From an uncultured Clostridia bacterium (GTDB taxonomy: Bacteria; Bacillota; Clostridia; Christensenellales; CAG-314), in NCBI GenBank assembly GCA_934230325.1, contig CAKQEP010000002.1, positions 76,682 through 140,681 on the forward strand: DNA of 64,000 nt, written 5' to 3'. The translations under genes were made by a program, and so were the position numbers. This document shows positions 24,941 through 35,371 of this stretch, one piece after another. Within the stretch, counting starts at the first letter, position 1; every line of letters starts with the position of its first letter. The notes below the pieces were generated by a model. The model worked only from the letters and a program-made list of their open reading frames with translations. It made no database searches and was not told the DNA's origin.

Positions 24941-26320
24941 ATGAAAAAAAGACAGCCTATTGACGAACATTTTTTCGGTACTGCAAATATTTGGAAAATA
25001 TTGTTTAGAGTTGCTCCGCCCGTTATGTTGGCGCAACTCATTCTTGCGTTGTACAATATCGTAGACAGTTTTTTTGTCGGCAAATATTCCGGCGACGGGC
25101 TGACCGCGTTGTCGGTAATTTATCCCGTTCAACTTATCGTTATGGCTCTTGCGATAGGTACGGGCGTGGGCGTAAATACTTATATGGCAAAACAATACGC
25201 CCTAAACAAACCGCAGGAAGCGCAACGTACCGCCGGCGCGGGACTTGCCGTTGCGTTGGTTATGTGGGCGGTTTTTTCCGTTGCGTCGATTTTTGTTTTA
25301 AAGCCTTATGCTGAAAGTTCCGCAAGTTCTCCCCAAGCCGTAAAATATACGATTGACTACGGAATTATCGTCTGCGTCGGCAGTTTGGGCTTGTTTTGCG
25401 AAAGCATTTGGACAAAAGCGCACCAAGCGCGCGGAAATATGTTTACGCCTACCGTAGCACAAATAGCGGGTGCGGTTACAAACATAATTCTCGATCCGAT
25501 TCTTATTTTCGGTTGGTGGATTTTTCCCGAGATGGGAATAAAAGGCGCGGCAATCGCAACGGTAGCAGGACAATTTGTAGCCGCCGTAATCGTCGGCGTA
25601 AAAGGTTGCAGCAAACCGCCCAAACTCAAGGAATCGGGCGCGTACGTAAAACAAATATTTAAACTCGGTTATCCGTCGATACTTATGCAGGCAATGTTTA
25701 CCGTTTATATAGGCGCGCTCAACCTTATTCTTGCCAACCGATTTAACGATCAGACGGTGACGGTGCTCGGTTTGTATTACAAATTGCAAGCGTTTTTCTT
25801 TATTCCGCTGTTTGGATTGCAAACGTGCATAGTACCTATTTTGAGTTACAACTACACAAACAAACGATACGACCGATGTAAAAAAATATTTGCGGATTCT
25901 TTGATTATATCCGCCGTGTGCATGACTTTGGGCATATTGTGCTTTGAAATAATACCGACGCAACTCATATCGATTTTTTCCAAAGACCAAAAAGTGTTTG
26001 AAATAGGCAAAACGGCTTTCCGCATAATAGGGTTGAGTTTTTTGCCCGCAGTTTTTTCTATGATGTCGCCGATATTTTTTCAAGCCATCGGATACTCGAA
26101 AACAAGCACGTTTTTGTCGGTTTTGCGGCAACTCATTTGCCTTGTTCCCGTATTTTGGGGGTTTTCCTACGTCGGACTTAACTATTGTTGGATAGCCTTT
26201 CCCGTTGCAGAAACGGTGACGACCGCAATAGGCGTGATTTTGTATTTTTCGGCAACAAAAAAATGGAAGGCAGAGCAAAAAGCAACGCCTCCCGTCGCGG
26301 CAAAAATGCCGACCGAATAA
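24941..26320 (+). CDS. MATE-family efflux transporter
   Basis: 12 TM helices. The N-terminus IWKILFRVAPPVMLAQLILALYNIVDSFFVGK is typical MatE. The first ATG is at 24941. Confidence 0.9.
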   Translation: MKKRQPIDEHFFGTANIWKILFRVAPPVMLAQLILALYNIVDSFFVGKYSGDGLTALSVIYPVQLIVMALAIGTGVGVNTYMAKQYALNKPQEAQRTAGAGLAVALVMWAVFSVASIFVLKPYAESSASSPQAVKYTIDYGIIVCVGSLGLFCESIWTKAHQARGNMFTPTVAQIAGAVTNIILDPILIFGWWIFPEMGIKGAAIATVAGQFVAAVIVGVKGCSKPPKLKESGAYVKQIFKLGYPSILMQAMFTVYIGALNLILANRFNDQTVTVLGLYYKLQAFFFIPLFGLQTCIVPILSYNYTNKRYDRCKKIFADSLIISAVCMTLGILCFEIIPTQLISIFSKDQKVFEIGKTAFRIIGLSFLPAVFSMMSPIFFQAIGYSKTSTFLSVLRQLICLVPVFWGFSYVGLNYCWIAFPVAETVTTAIGVILYFSATKKWKAEQKATPPVAAKMPTE

Positions 26321-26404
26321 TATCAGATAACCAAATTACAGCGATACGTAACGACAAAATTGCGACAAAATCGCAATAAAATCACAACAATCGACGCCGA
26401 CAAA

Positions 26405-27553
26405 TCAAACGGAACGATTTTGTTTTTCGTTGTCGGTCAGCGACTTGACAAAACAACGTCTGCGTTTGTGCAGTACCGCGTCAAAACGCCGCCACTGATT
26501 TATAATGTTTACGTTGCCTTCCAAATTGAGGTTTGTTTCCGCATACTTAACGCCGTCTTCGTCAAGTATGTCCATCAACCTTGAAATAATGGCAGTACTC
26601 ACACCCTTTTGCGCGTATTCCTGCTTGACGCCTACGAGCCCGAGATCTATTATTTCGGGCTTTTTTATCGATTTAAGCAACCTTATCAGAGTGGGCAAGG
26701 TCAACCGACCGCCCGACTTTTGAACCGCCTTTGCGATAGACGGAAAACAAATGGCAAAGCACACTACGTTGTCGTTTTCGTCTACTATTACCGTGACGCG
26801 ACGAAGGTCGACGATGAATTTAAAGTTGGATATCATCATCTTTTTCATGGCGGGGGTAAAGGGTACGGTACCGTAAATATCGGCATACGTTTCGTCCAGC
26901 AAATCAAAAAACTTGTCGCCGTACCGACGAATAAAGTCCTTTATGCTTTTGCACTTGGCAAATTTAAGGTTGTATTTTTTAAGCATCATATCCGATACTC
27001 GTTTAAATTTTTCGTCAACGACGGCAGGCTTGTAAATTTTTCGCTCTTCCCAGTCCACTTCTTTGACATAACCGTTGTTTTCGATAAGTTTTTGGTAGTA
27101 CTCGTAATTGTACTGCTCCTCAAACGTGGATAGTTGGTCAAAACCTTCTATCAACAACCCTTCCCTCTCTAAATCGGAATAACCGAGCGGACCGCAAACG
27201 GTATCCATTCCGTTGTCTTTTGCCCAGTTTTCTATGGTTTTAAACAGTGCGGCGGCTACTTCCTCGTCGTCGATGCTGTCAAACCGCGTAAACCGTACGC
27301 GTTTTTGCCCGCGCAATTCGTTGGACGCGCGCTGAATAATTCCGCTCACGCGACCAACCGTTTTGCCGTCTTTCTCCGCCAAAAAAAATACGCTGTCGCA
27401 AGTATCGGCGTAAACGTTGTTAAGCGAAAAAATCTTTTTTTCTTCCGCATACAACGGCGGCACAAAATACGGACAGTTTTTGTACAATCTTAAAGGAAAA
27501 TTAAGAAACTCTCTTTTATCTTTTTTTGTCTTGACTTCTCTTACGCAAACCAT
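26405..27553 (-). CDS. GNAT-like acyltransferase, uncharacterised family
   Basis: 382 aa. REVKTKKDKREFLNFPLRLYKNCPYFVPPL is a family-typical N-terminus. The C-terminal VGVKQEYAQKGVSTAIISRLMD is a Q/RxxGxG/A-like acetyl-CoA motif. Confidence 0.6.
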   Translation of the reverse strand: MVCVREVKTKKDKREFLNFPLRLYKNCPYFVPPLYAEEKKIFSLNNVYADTCDSVFFLAEKDGKTVGRVSGIIQRASNELRGQKRVRFTRFDSIDDEEVAAALFKTIENWAKDNGMDTVCGPLGYSDLEREGLLIEGFDQLSTFEEQYNYEYYQKLIENNGYVKEVDWEERKIYKPAVVDEKFKRVSDMMLKKYNLKFAKCKSIKDFIRRYGDKFFDLLDETYADIYGTVPFTPAMKKMMISNFKFIVDLRRVTVIVDENDNVVCFAICFPSIAKAVQKSGGRLTLPTLIRLLKSIKKPEIIDLGLVGVKQEYAQKGVSTAIISRLMDILDEDGVKYAETNLNLEGNVNIINQWRRFDAVLHKRRRCFVKSLTDNEKQNRSV

Positions 27554-27589
27554 AATGTCACCTTAGTATTATTTTTAAAAACCGTCAAA

Positions 27590-28939
27590 TCATACCTGAC
27601 GGGATAGCGCGCACAGCGTTTCGACGTGCTTTGTTTGCGGAAACATGTCGTAAGGCTTTACGTATTCCACTTTGTACACACCGTCTTGCGTCAATAGTTG
27701 CAGGTCGCGGCTTAACGTCGCGCTGTCGCACGATACGTAAACGATTACGTCGGGTTTGACTTCCGTCAATAACTTTGCCGTGCTTGCCGCAATGCCTTTG
27801 CGAGGCGGATCAAGCACTACCGCCGTTCGCTTGCCTACGTTTTCTGCCAAAACTTTAGGCAATTCCGTCGCAACATCGCCGCAAATATTTGTCATATCGG
27901 TGAGGTTGTTTAATTTTTTCATGTTTTCTGCGTCTGCCGTAGCGGAAGGAACTATTTCTATACAATATTCCTTTACCCCTTGCGTATACAGACACGCAGA
28001 CAGCAACCCCGCGCCCGAAAAACAGTCCACCAAAACTTCCGTGCCGTACTCCGACAGCAAACGTTTTACGTCGGAATAAATCGCCCGCATAACATCAAAG
28101 TTTACTTGAAAAAAACTGTCGGGACGCAACACAAAATCTATGCCCATCGTTTCGCCCGATATATACTTTAATCCGCAAAGATGCTTTGTTTTGTCGCCCA
28201 AAATCACGTTTGTGTTTTGTTTGTTTACGTTGACAAACAATCCAAAATCGTCAAAATCGCGTTTAAGTAATGCGGCAAACTCCGAGAAAAACGGCAAATC
28301 GTCGCCGTTTACCACTACCGTAACAAGTAATTGACCGCAAACGTATCTCCCTATCAAGTGCCGCAACAAGCCTTTGCGCGTCGTTTCGTCGTATACCGAC
28401 AACTTGAGTTTTGTCGCGTACGCCAAAAACGCGTCGGCAAGTTTTTTTGCCCAACTTTTTTGCAACGGACAGTTTTTTATTTCCACAAGTTTGTGCGTTC
28501 TGTCTTTAAAAAGTCCTAATATCGGCTTTCCGTCCGCCGTCCCGACGGGAAACTGAACTTTATTGCGGTATCCCCACTGCTTTAAAGAAGGCTCGACAGG
28601 CAACACGTCAAAATCTATCTTGCCTATTTTTGACAAGTTTTGCTTAACCAAGTTGCGTTTAAACTCGAGTTGCGCGTCGTACTTTAAATGCTGAAGTTGA
28701 CAGCCGCCGCACTTTAAAAACTTTTGGCATTGCGGCGTCGCTCTGTCTTTGCTTTCATTAAAAATCTTTTTTACTTCGGCATACGCCGCGCCGCGTTTGA
28801 CGTAAGATATGCGCGCCTCCGCCGTTTCTCCCGCCAAAAGATTTTTTGCGTACACCAAAACGCCGTCCGCTTTGCCGACTCCTTGCCCTTCGCTACCCAA
28901 AAAATCCGCTTTAAGTTTTATTCTGTCACCCTGTTTCAC
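27590..28939 (-). CDS. rlmD: 23S rRNA (uracil-C5)-methyltransferase, RlmD/RumA family
   Basis: An N-terminal TRAM domain, the Fe-S cysteines CQKFLKCGGCQLQH, plus DPPRKG and YVSCDSATLSRD. Confidence 0.9.
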   Translation of the reverse strand: MKQGDRIKLKADFLGSEGQGVGKADGVLVYAKNLLAGETAEARISYVKRGAAYAEVKKIFNESKDRATPQCQKFLKCGGCQLQHLKYDAQLEFKRNLVKQNLSKIGKIDFDVLPVEPSLKQWGYRNKVQFPVGTADGKPILGLFKDRTHKLVEIKNCPLQKSWAKKLADAFLAYATKLKLSVYDETTRKGLLRHLIGRYVCGQLLVTVVVNGDDLPFFSEFAALLKRDFDDFGLFVNVNKQNTNVILGDKTKHLCGLKYISGETMGIDFVLRPDSFFQVNFDVMRAIYSDVKRLLSEYGTEVLVDCFSGAGLLSACLYTQGVKEYCIEIVPSATADAENMKKLNNLTDMTNICGDVATELPKVLAENVGKRTAVVLDPPRKGIAASTAKLLTEVKPDVIVYVSCDSATLSRDLQLLTQDGVYKVEYVKPYDMFPQTKHVETLCALSRQV

Positions 28940-28948
28940 TTTTTCTCC

Positions 28949-31900
28949 TTAGCCGAGCTTTTTGTCCACAAACACTGCCGTGTTGTCGCCGAGAAGCCCT
29001 TCCAACTCGTACACAAGCCCGTTTACGCGCCTGACGCAATACGGCGCGCGTTTTTTGTGTCCGTCCACGACGATAACGACGGGAACGTTGCCGACGTAGT
29101 TTTGCAAAATCGAGCATAATGCGTCAAAATCGCTCTCGTCTTGCAACTTGACGTACAACTTGCACTCTGCGTCGGACAATTTTCCGTTGCCGTTGCCGTT
29201 TGCTTTTCCGTTGCCGTTTCCGTTGGCGTAGTCGTCTTTTGCCGCAACGTTCACTACCTGCGGTTGTTGATTTTCGCTTTCCCACGTCGTGATTTTTTCT
29301 ATCATCATTTTGGGTTTTTCTTCCTTTAAAGAAAGTCTGCCTTCCGCCACCACGACGGCGTCTTCTACAAAACTATCCTTTATCGCGCCGTACGCTTTGG
29401 GAAAAACGGTAATATCCAGACCGCCGTACAAATCTTCTATGCGAGCCGTCGCCATAGCCTGATTTTTTTTGGTGATTATTTTTCTGATGTTTGTGAGCAT
29501 TCCCAACAACTTGACGCGCTTGCCTTCGTACGCGTCGATAAGTTGCTCTCTGTCAAACTCCTCCATATCTTCCGGCATATCTATTTTGCCGGTGTTAAAG
29601 TCGAACTGCTTAAACGCCTCCTTGTACTCTGCGAGCGGGTTTCCCGTGATAAACATTCCCAAAACGTCTTTCTCAAACAGCAACTTGATTTTGGTCTGAT
29701 ATTCTTCGCTGTTGTCGATTTTTATTACGTCCATGTTTCCGAGAAGGTCGCTGGTTTCAAACAACGACAACTGACCGCTTTCCTTACGCTTTTTTTCGTC
29801 GGAAGCCTGATCCATCATCTGCTCGTAAACCTTTATCATTCCCAACCGAGTATCCCCGAAACAATCGAATGCGCCTGCTTTTATCAAATTTTCTACAAGC
29901 CGCTTGTTTAGCACGCCGCTGTCAACGCGCTTGATAAAATCCTGCAAACTTTTAAAGTCGCCGTTTTTTTCGCGCTCGGCAATAAGTTTTTCTATGCCTG
30001 CGATTCCGATGCCTTTTATCCCCGCCAAAGCGTACCGTATTTGCCCTTGTTCCGTTTCAAAACCGACGCCGCTCTTGTTTATGTCGGGCGGCAATACGTT
30101 GATATTTTTGTCCAAACAAAAGCCTATATGCTTTTTTATGTCGTCGATATTTGTTATACGGTTGTCCAAAACCGCGCTAAAATACTCTACGGGGTGGTAC
30201 AGTTTGAGATACGCCGTCTGATACGTAACGTAAGCGTATGCCGCCGAGTGCGCCTTGTTGAAACAGTACTCGGCAAATTTTAGCATTTGGTCAAACAAAG
30301 TGTTTGCCGCTTCTTCCGTGACGCCTCGTTTAAGCGCGCCTTCTATCGGGTGCGACGCGTCGTTCGGATCGCCGTTGATAAAGATTTCTCTTTGCTTTAT
30401 CATCTTTGCCATGTCTTTTTTGCCCATAGCGCGTCTAACGATGTCTGCCTGACCGAAAGAATACCCCGCCAACTCGCGGAATATTGCCATTATCTGCTCT
30501 TGGTACACCATACAGCCGTATGTCGTTTTTAAAATCGGCTCGAGCAAAGGCGTGACGTAAGTTATGTTTTCGGGGTGGTGTTTTCCCTCGATGTAGTCGC
30601 CGATAAATTGCATAGGGCCTGGTCGGTACAATGCGATACCCGCCAAAATATCTTCCATACAGTCGGGGCGCAACTCTTTCATCATCTTTTGCATTCCGCT
30701 GCTTTCCAACTGAAACACGGCGTTTGTATCGCCCGACGCAATCAGATTGAATATAGCGGGATCGTCGTAGGTGCATTGAGAAAAATCTATTACTTCGCCG
30801 CTGTTTTTGTATACTTTTTTTATCGTCTTGTCTATGTCGGTGAGAGTGCGTAATCCCAAAAAGTCCATTTTGAGCATACCCAACTCCTCCACCTCGTTTT
30901 TGTCGAACTGCGTGGTTATGTCCGCGCCGCTACGCTGCAACGGTATGTTGTCTGAAATATCTTCGCTACAAATAACGACGCCGGCGGCGTGCATACCCGT
31001 TTGGCGCGGCATTCCTTCTACCGCTACGGCAAGGTCAAAAATCTTTTTAAGCCCGTAGTCGTTGTTGTATAAATCCGCTAATTCCTGTATCGTTTCTCCC
31101 TGTTTTGCGGGGTTTAATCCCAAAATTGTTTTGAGATCTACTTTGCCGTTGGGCATCAATTTGGTGATTTTGTTTACTTCTTCAAAGGGTATGCGCAAAG
31201 TGCGGGCAACGTCTTTTACCGCTTGTTTTGCCGCCATAGTGCCAAAGGTTATTATCTGCGAAACTCTTTCTTTGCCGTACTTTTTGATGACGTAATCTAT
31301 TACTTCGCTGCGTCTGTCCATGCAAAAGTCTATGTCAAAGTCGGGCATGCTTTTGCGCTCGGGGTTTAAAAACCTTTCAAAGTATAAGTCGTAACGCAAC
31401 GGCTCGACTTGCGTTATCCCTATCGCGTATGCGATTATACTGCCTGCGCCGCTTCCGCGTCCAGGTCCTACCGGTATCCCCATACTGTGCGCATAGTTGA
31501 TAAAATCCCATACGATAAGGTAGTACTCGACAAAACCTTTCATATTGACTATTTTCAACTCATAATCCGCTCTCGCGCGTATTTCCGGCGTAATCGTACC
31601 GTAACGCTTTACCAAACCTTTTTCCATAAGGTCTTTTAAAAATTCGTACGGAGTCATACCGTTTTCCGGTACGTAAGGCGGCAAAAGCGGCTTGCGGTCG
31701 ATGGTTACGTTGCATTTGTCGGCAATTACCAACGTGTTGGACAACGCGCGGGGATAATTTTTGAACCGCTCGTACATTTCGTCGTAATCTTTAAGGTAAA
31801 ACTGCGTGCCTTCAAAACGCATGCGGTTGGGCTCGTCTACGTACCTGCCCGTCTGAATACACAACAAAATATCGTGCGTTTCTGCGTCTTCTTCCTTCAA

Positions 31901-32566
31901 ATAGTGAACGTCGTTGGTTGCGACCAACTCTATGCCGAGTTCTTCCGCTATTTTTGCGAGTTTTGGCATTACGTACAACTCGTCGGCTATACCGTGATCC
32001 TGCAACTCGATGTAATAATCTTCCCCAAACAAATCTTTGTATTCTTTGGCAAGTTTGCGCGCGCCCTCCCAGTCGCCGTCGCGCAAAAGACGCGGCAACT
32101 GCCCCGCAATGCATGCGGATAGGCAAATCAATCCCTCGTGATACTTGACGATCGTTTTAAAATCGATGCGGGGTTTGTAGTAAAAACCGTCCACAAAGGC
32201 TATTGAATTGAGTTTTACCAAATTTTTGTACCCGACGTTGTTTTTTGCAAGAAGCACAAGGTGAAAAAATTCCCTTTTGGCGTCCCCCGCTTTAAGCGTC
32301 AAATCTTCCGTAACGTAAAACTCGCACCCTATGATAGGTTTTACGCCCGCCTTTTTGGCAAGTTTGAAAAACTGATACGCGCCGTACATGTTGCCGTGAT
32401 CGGTTATCGCGCAGGCAGGCATATTTTTTTGTTTGCATGCTTCAAAAAGCACGCTTTGCGGCTCTATCTTTTTTTCTTTGTCGCCTGCCGTCATCTGATT
32501 TATTCTCGTCGCGCCGTCCAGCAAACTGTACTCCGTATGTAGGTGCAAGTGTACAAATTGTTCCAT
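28949..32566 (-). CDS. dnaE: DNA polymerase III subunit alpha (DnaE type)
   Basis: 1205 aa. PHP domain FVHLHLHTEYSLLDG, palm/fingers GRGSGAGSIIAYAIGIT and DFDIDF, then HhH and OB regions. Confidence 0.97.
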   Translation of the reverse strand: MEQFVHLHLHTEYSLLDGATRINQMTAGDKEKKIEPQSVLFEACKQKNMPACAITDHGNMYGAYQFFKLAKKAGVKPIIGCEFYVTEDLTLKAGDAKREFFHLVLLAKNNVGYKNLVKLNSIAFVDGFYYKPRIDFKTIVKYHEGLICLSACIAGQLPRLLRDGDWEGARKLAKEYKDLFGEDYYIELQDHGIADELYVMPKLAKIAEELGIELVATNDVHYLKEEDAETHDILLCIQTGRYVDEPNRMRFEGTQFYLKDYDEMYERFKNYPRALSNTLVIADKCNVTIDRKPLLPPYVPENGMTPYEFLKDLMEKGLVKRYGTITPEIRARADYELKIVNMKGFVEYYLIVWDFINYAHSMGIPVGPGRGSGAGSIIAYAIGITQVEPLRYDLYFERFLNPERKSMPDFDIDFCMDRRSEVIDYVIKKYGKERVSQIITFGTMAAKQAVKDVARTLRIPFEEVNKITKLMPNGKVDLKTILGLNPAKQGETIQELADLYNNDYGLKKIFDLAVAVEGMPRQTGMHAAGVVICSEDISDNIPLQRSGADITTQFDKNEVEELGMLKMDFLGLRTLTDIDKTIKKVYKNSGEVIDFSQCTYDDPAIFNLIASGDTNAVFQLESSGMQKMMKELRPDCMEDILAGIALYRPGPMQFIGDYIEGKHHPENITYVTPLLEPILKTTYGCMVYQEQIMAIFRELAGYSFGQADIVRRAMGKKDMAKMIKQREIFINGDPNDASHPIEGALKRGVTEEAANTLFDQMLKFAEYCFNKAHSAAYAYVTYQTAYLKLYHPVEYFSAVLDNRITNIDDIKKHIGFCLDKNINVLPPDINKSGVGFETEQGQIRYALAGIKGIGIAGIEKLIAEREKNGDFKSLQDFIKRVDSGVLNKRLVENLIKAGAFDCFGDTRLGMIKVYEQMMDQASDEKKRKESGQLSLFETSDLLGNMDVIKIDNSEEYQTKIKLLFEKDVLGMFITGNPLAEYKEAFKQFDFNTGKIDMPEDMEEFDREQLIDAYEGKRVKLLGMLTNIRKIITKKNQAMATARIEDLYGGLDITVFPKAYGAIKDSFVEDAVVVAEGRLSLKEEKPKMMIEKITTWESENQQPQVVNVAAKDDYANGNGNGKANGNGNGKLSDAECKLYVKLQDESDFDALCSILQNYVGNVPVVIVVDGHKKRAPYCVRRVNGLVYELEGLLGDNTAVFVDKKLG

Positions 32567-32576
32567 TTTTCTCCCG

Positions 32577-33509
32577 TTATCGCAGTTTTGCGGCTATCTC
32601 CGCCAACTTTCTCATTCTGTGATTTATACCGCTTTTTGTTACGCCGCACATCGCGGCAAGTTCTTCCATCGTGGCGGATTCGTTTTTAAGACGCGCTTTT
32701 GCCGCGTCCGTAAGCGGCGGCGACAAAAATTTCCACCCCTTTTTTTCCACGATAAGTTTAATGTCTTCCGTCTGTTTTTCCGCCGCAACAACCGCCTTGT
32801 CTATGTTTGCCGTGATGCAGTTGGATTGACGATTTGCGTTGTTTCTAAAATTGTTTTCTATCAGCATGTTTTGCAAATATAACACCGCTTTGTCGGCGTT
32901 GAGATACGCCAAAACGTCGCTGACAGTGCCGCTGTCCTTGACGTAAACGACGGTTTTTTCTCCCCGCGTCGCCGTTTTGAAAACAAAACCGACAGAACCG
33001 AGTAGTTTGATTAGGTCGTTTGCTACTTCTTCCGACGCGAGATTAAACTCCAAATAGTACCCCGCAGGCTTTTTTTCTTCGGGAAAAGTCACCGTGCCGC
33101 ACCCGACAAACAACCCTTTGACAAAACTTTGTTTGCAACAAGGCTCGCTGACGGCGTATTTGTTTATGCCCGCCGCTATCCGAGTGCCTTCTTCCTGCCT
33201 TTCGAGAATGTTTAACTCGTACAAAATATCCACGTCGTCCACCGTCACAGAGTAAATCGCGCGTTTTTTTATCGGATTGTACTCTTGGCGAACGTCGCAA
33301 ACGTATCCGTAAACGACGGCAAGAATATCCTTTGCAAAATCAAAAAGTTTGGCGTTTTCTCCCGTAACCGACAGACTCAAACCCTTGTTGTTTATGACGA
33401 TACTGCCCGCCGCTCTAAAAAACGCCGACAAAAACGCCTCCTTGCAACAAGGCAGCATATCGGTGATATTGCTTAATATTTCTTCCTTGACCTTTGAGGA
33501 TAACGACAT
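32577..33509 (-). CDS. whiA: DNA-binding protein WhiA
   Basis: SKVKEEILSN...CCKEAFLSAFFRAAGS, a degenerate LAGLIDADG scaffold, and the C-terminal HTH MEELAAMCGVTKSGINHRMRKL. Confidence 0.93.
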   Translation of the reverse strand: MSLSSKVKEEILSNITDMLPCCKEAFLSAFFRAAGSIVINNKGLSLSVTGENAKLFDFAKDILAVVYGYVCDVRQEYNPIKKRAIYSVTVDDVDILYELNILERQEEGTRIAAGINKYAVSEPCCKQSFVKGLFVGCGTVTFPEEKKPAGYYLEFNLASEEVANDLIKLLGSVGFVFKTATRGEKTVVYVKDSGTVSDVLAYLNADKAVLYLQNMLIENNFRNNANRQSNCITANIDKAVVAAEKQTEDIKLIVEKKGWKFLSPPLTDAAKARLKNESATMEELAAMCGVTKSGINHRMRKLAEIAAKLR

Positions 33510-33512
33510 AAG

Positions 33513-34262
33513 TCACCCCTTTTTAAAAACGACGGGCTTGTCCATGTTGGCAATACGACTGTAATCTATCCCCAACCGCTCAACCGTTTTGAGAGGCAAC
33601 GCAACGTCGCCGACTCTTTCGGGCGTGTGAGCGTCGCTGTTTAAAACGAAGGTTACGCCGCAATCTTTTAGCGTGTTTATCTGTTGGTCGGACAAACTGC
33701 CGACGTGTTTGCCGTTCAACTCTATCAAAACGCCGTAATCGGCGGCGGCTTTGCCTACTTCTTTTACGTCGACGGGCATTGCGTAACCCAAATGCGCCAA
33801 AATGTCGGGCTTTTGCGTTTTTATCATGTTTACGTACGCTTTGGTATAAGTTTTTACCATACTCGCGCTAAAATTGCGGAAAAACGCAGGCATATTAAAC
33901 CTGAACGCGTCGACAAAATTTTTGCTCCACACCATCTTGTGAAAACCTACTATCACAAAATCGAGAGTGCTACGGTCAAAATTTATCAAATCTACAAGTC
34001 CGTCGCTGCTGAATATGTTGGCTTCTATCCCGAGCAAAACTTCAACGTCGCTTTGCTTGCCGTTGATTGCGTCTACCTGCCGCCGCAACTTGCAAAGTTT
34101 TTTTCGGGAAGTACCAAAACATATGTGGCGTAAACCGTGATCGGTCAAGCCTATCTGCTTTAATCCTACTTTTTTTGCCTGCGCGGTAATTTCTTCCGCC
34201 GTTCCTTTCGCATGAATCGGGCCGCTAAAAGATGTGTGTATATGAAAGTCTCCCCAAATCAT
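33513..34262 (-). CDS. PHP-domain (polymerase/histidinol-phosphatase-like) metal-dependent phosphoesterase
   Basis: GDFHIHTSFS...GLTDHG...SDAHTP motifs. Confidence 0.8.
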   Translation of the reverse strand: MIWGDFHIHTSFSGPIHAKGTAEEITAQAKKVGLKQIGLTDHGLRHICFGTSRKKLCKLRRQVDAINGKQSDVEVLLGIEANIFSSDGLVDLINFDRSTLDFVIVGFHKMVWSKNFVDAFRFNMPAFFRNFSASMVKTYTKAYVNMIKTQKPDILAHLGYAMPVDVKEVGKAAADYGVLIELNGKHVGSLSDQQINTLKDCGVTFVLNSDAHTPERVGDVALPLKTVERLGIDYSRIANMDKPVVFKKG

Positions 34263-35160
34263 CGGTATCTCCCAAGTATTTTACTTCCGGTTGTAAAATC
34301 AAACCGTTTTTTTCCCTTATTTTGTTGCCTGCCACGTCGATAAGCGTCAAAAAATCTTCCGTCGTGGCTTGGCCTGTGTTGATAAAAAAACCTGCGTGCT
34401 TGTCGCTTATCCGAGCGCCGCCCACCGTCAACCCTTTGAGCCCTGCGGCGTCAATCAGCAAAGCCGCGCTTTTGCCGTCGCAACTTTTAAATACGCTGCC
34501 AAAAGACGGATAATCCAACGGCTGCGACGCACGTTTAGTTTCCTTTATTTTTTGCATAAGTCCGCTTATCGCCGCCGCGTCGCCCTTTTTGAGCGTGATT
34601 TTTACCTTTGCAACTACGTCGTCGTTGCGACAAAATACGCTGTCGCGATAACCGTAACAAATTTTTTGTTTTGTATAAGTTTTTTTGCCGTCCGCCGTCA
34701 CCGCATACACAGACGTTACTACGTCCGCCATACAGTAGCCGTAACACCCAGCGTTTATTACCGTCGCGCCGCCTACGCTACCGGGTATTGCGCACAAAAA
34801 TTCCGCGCCTGCAAGCGAATTTTTAAGAGCGAACGCCGATACTGCGGCGCAACTCGCCCCCGCTCCGACGGATAAGGAAACTTCGTCCTTGCAAAGAGAA
34901 ATTCTGCCGAAATAGCCGCCTATTTTTATCACTATTCCGCTATAACCTTCATCGCTGACTAATGTGTTGCTTCCGTTGCCCAAAACAAAATATTTTTCTC
35001 CTTTTTGGCGTAAGGAATAAAGTATTTTTTGCAACTGAAAAACGTTTTTCGGGTAAGCCACCGCCCGCGCTCTACCGCCGGTTTTTACCGTGACCATAGA
35101 GGACATATCGACGTCGTAAATTATTGAAACGTCCTCGCCCAAAAAAGTATATCCGTACAT
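34225..35160 (-). CDS. murB: UDP-N-acetylenolpyruvoylglucosamine reductase
   Basis: An FAD-binding PCMH domain (TGGRARAVAYP, LGNGSNTLV) and the C-terminal SVFKS...AGFFIN motifs. Confidence 0.93.
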   Translation of the reverse strand: MYGYTFLGEDVSIIYDVDMSSMVTVKTGGRARAVAYPKNVFQLQKILYSLRQKGEKYFVLGNGSNTLVSDEGYSGIVIKIGGYFGRISLCKDEVSLSVGAGASCAAVSAFALKNSLAGAEFLCAIPGSVGGATVINAGCYGYCMADVVTSVYAVTADGKKTYTKQKICYGYRDSVFCRNDDVVAKVKITLKKGDAAAISGLMQKIKETKRASQPLDYPSFGSVFKSCDGKSAALLIDAAGLKGLTVGGARISDKHAGFFINTGQATTEDFLTLIDVAGNKIREKNGLILQPEVKYLGDTDDLGRLSYTHIF

Positions 35161-35371
35161 TTTTATTCTCCTTTAATAATACACTATTTCTCGATTTTTT
35201 TCAAGTAATAATACGTTGTTTTTGTTTTAAGCCTTTTTTTGTTTTTTGCGTCGTTAACGGTAAACTAAGCAAAAACCTGCTTTAATAAACAAAAAAGACC
35301 GCCTGAACGGACAAAAAACACGGTTTAAAAGGGTAAAAAATCCGATTTAACGCAATATTCGGCGCAAAAAT

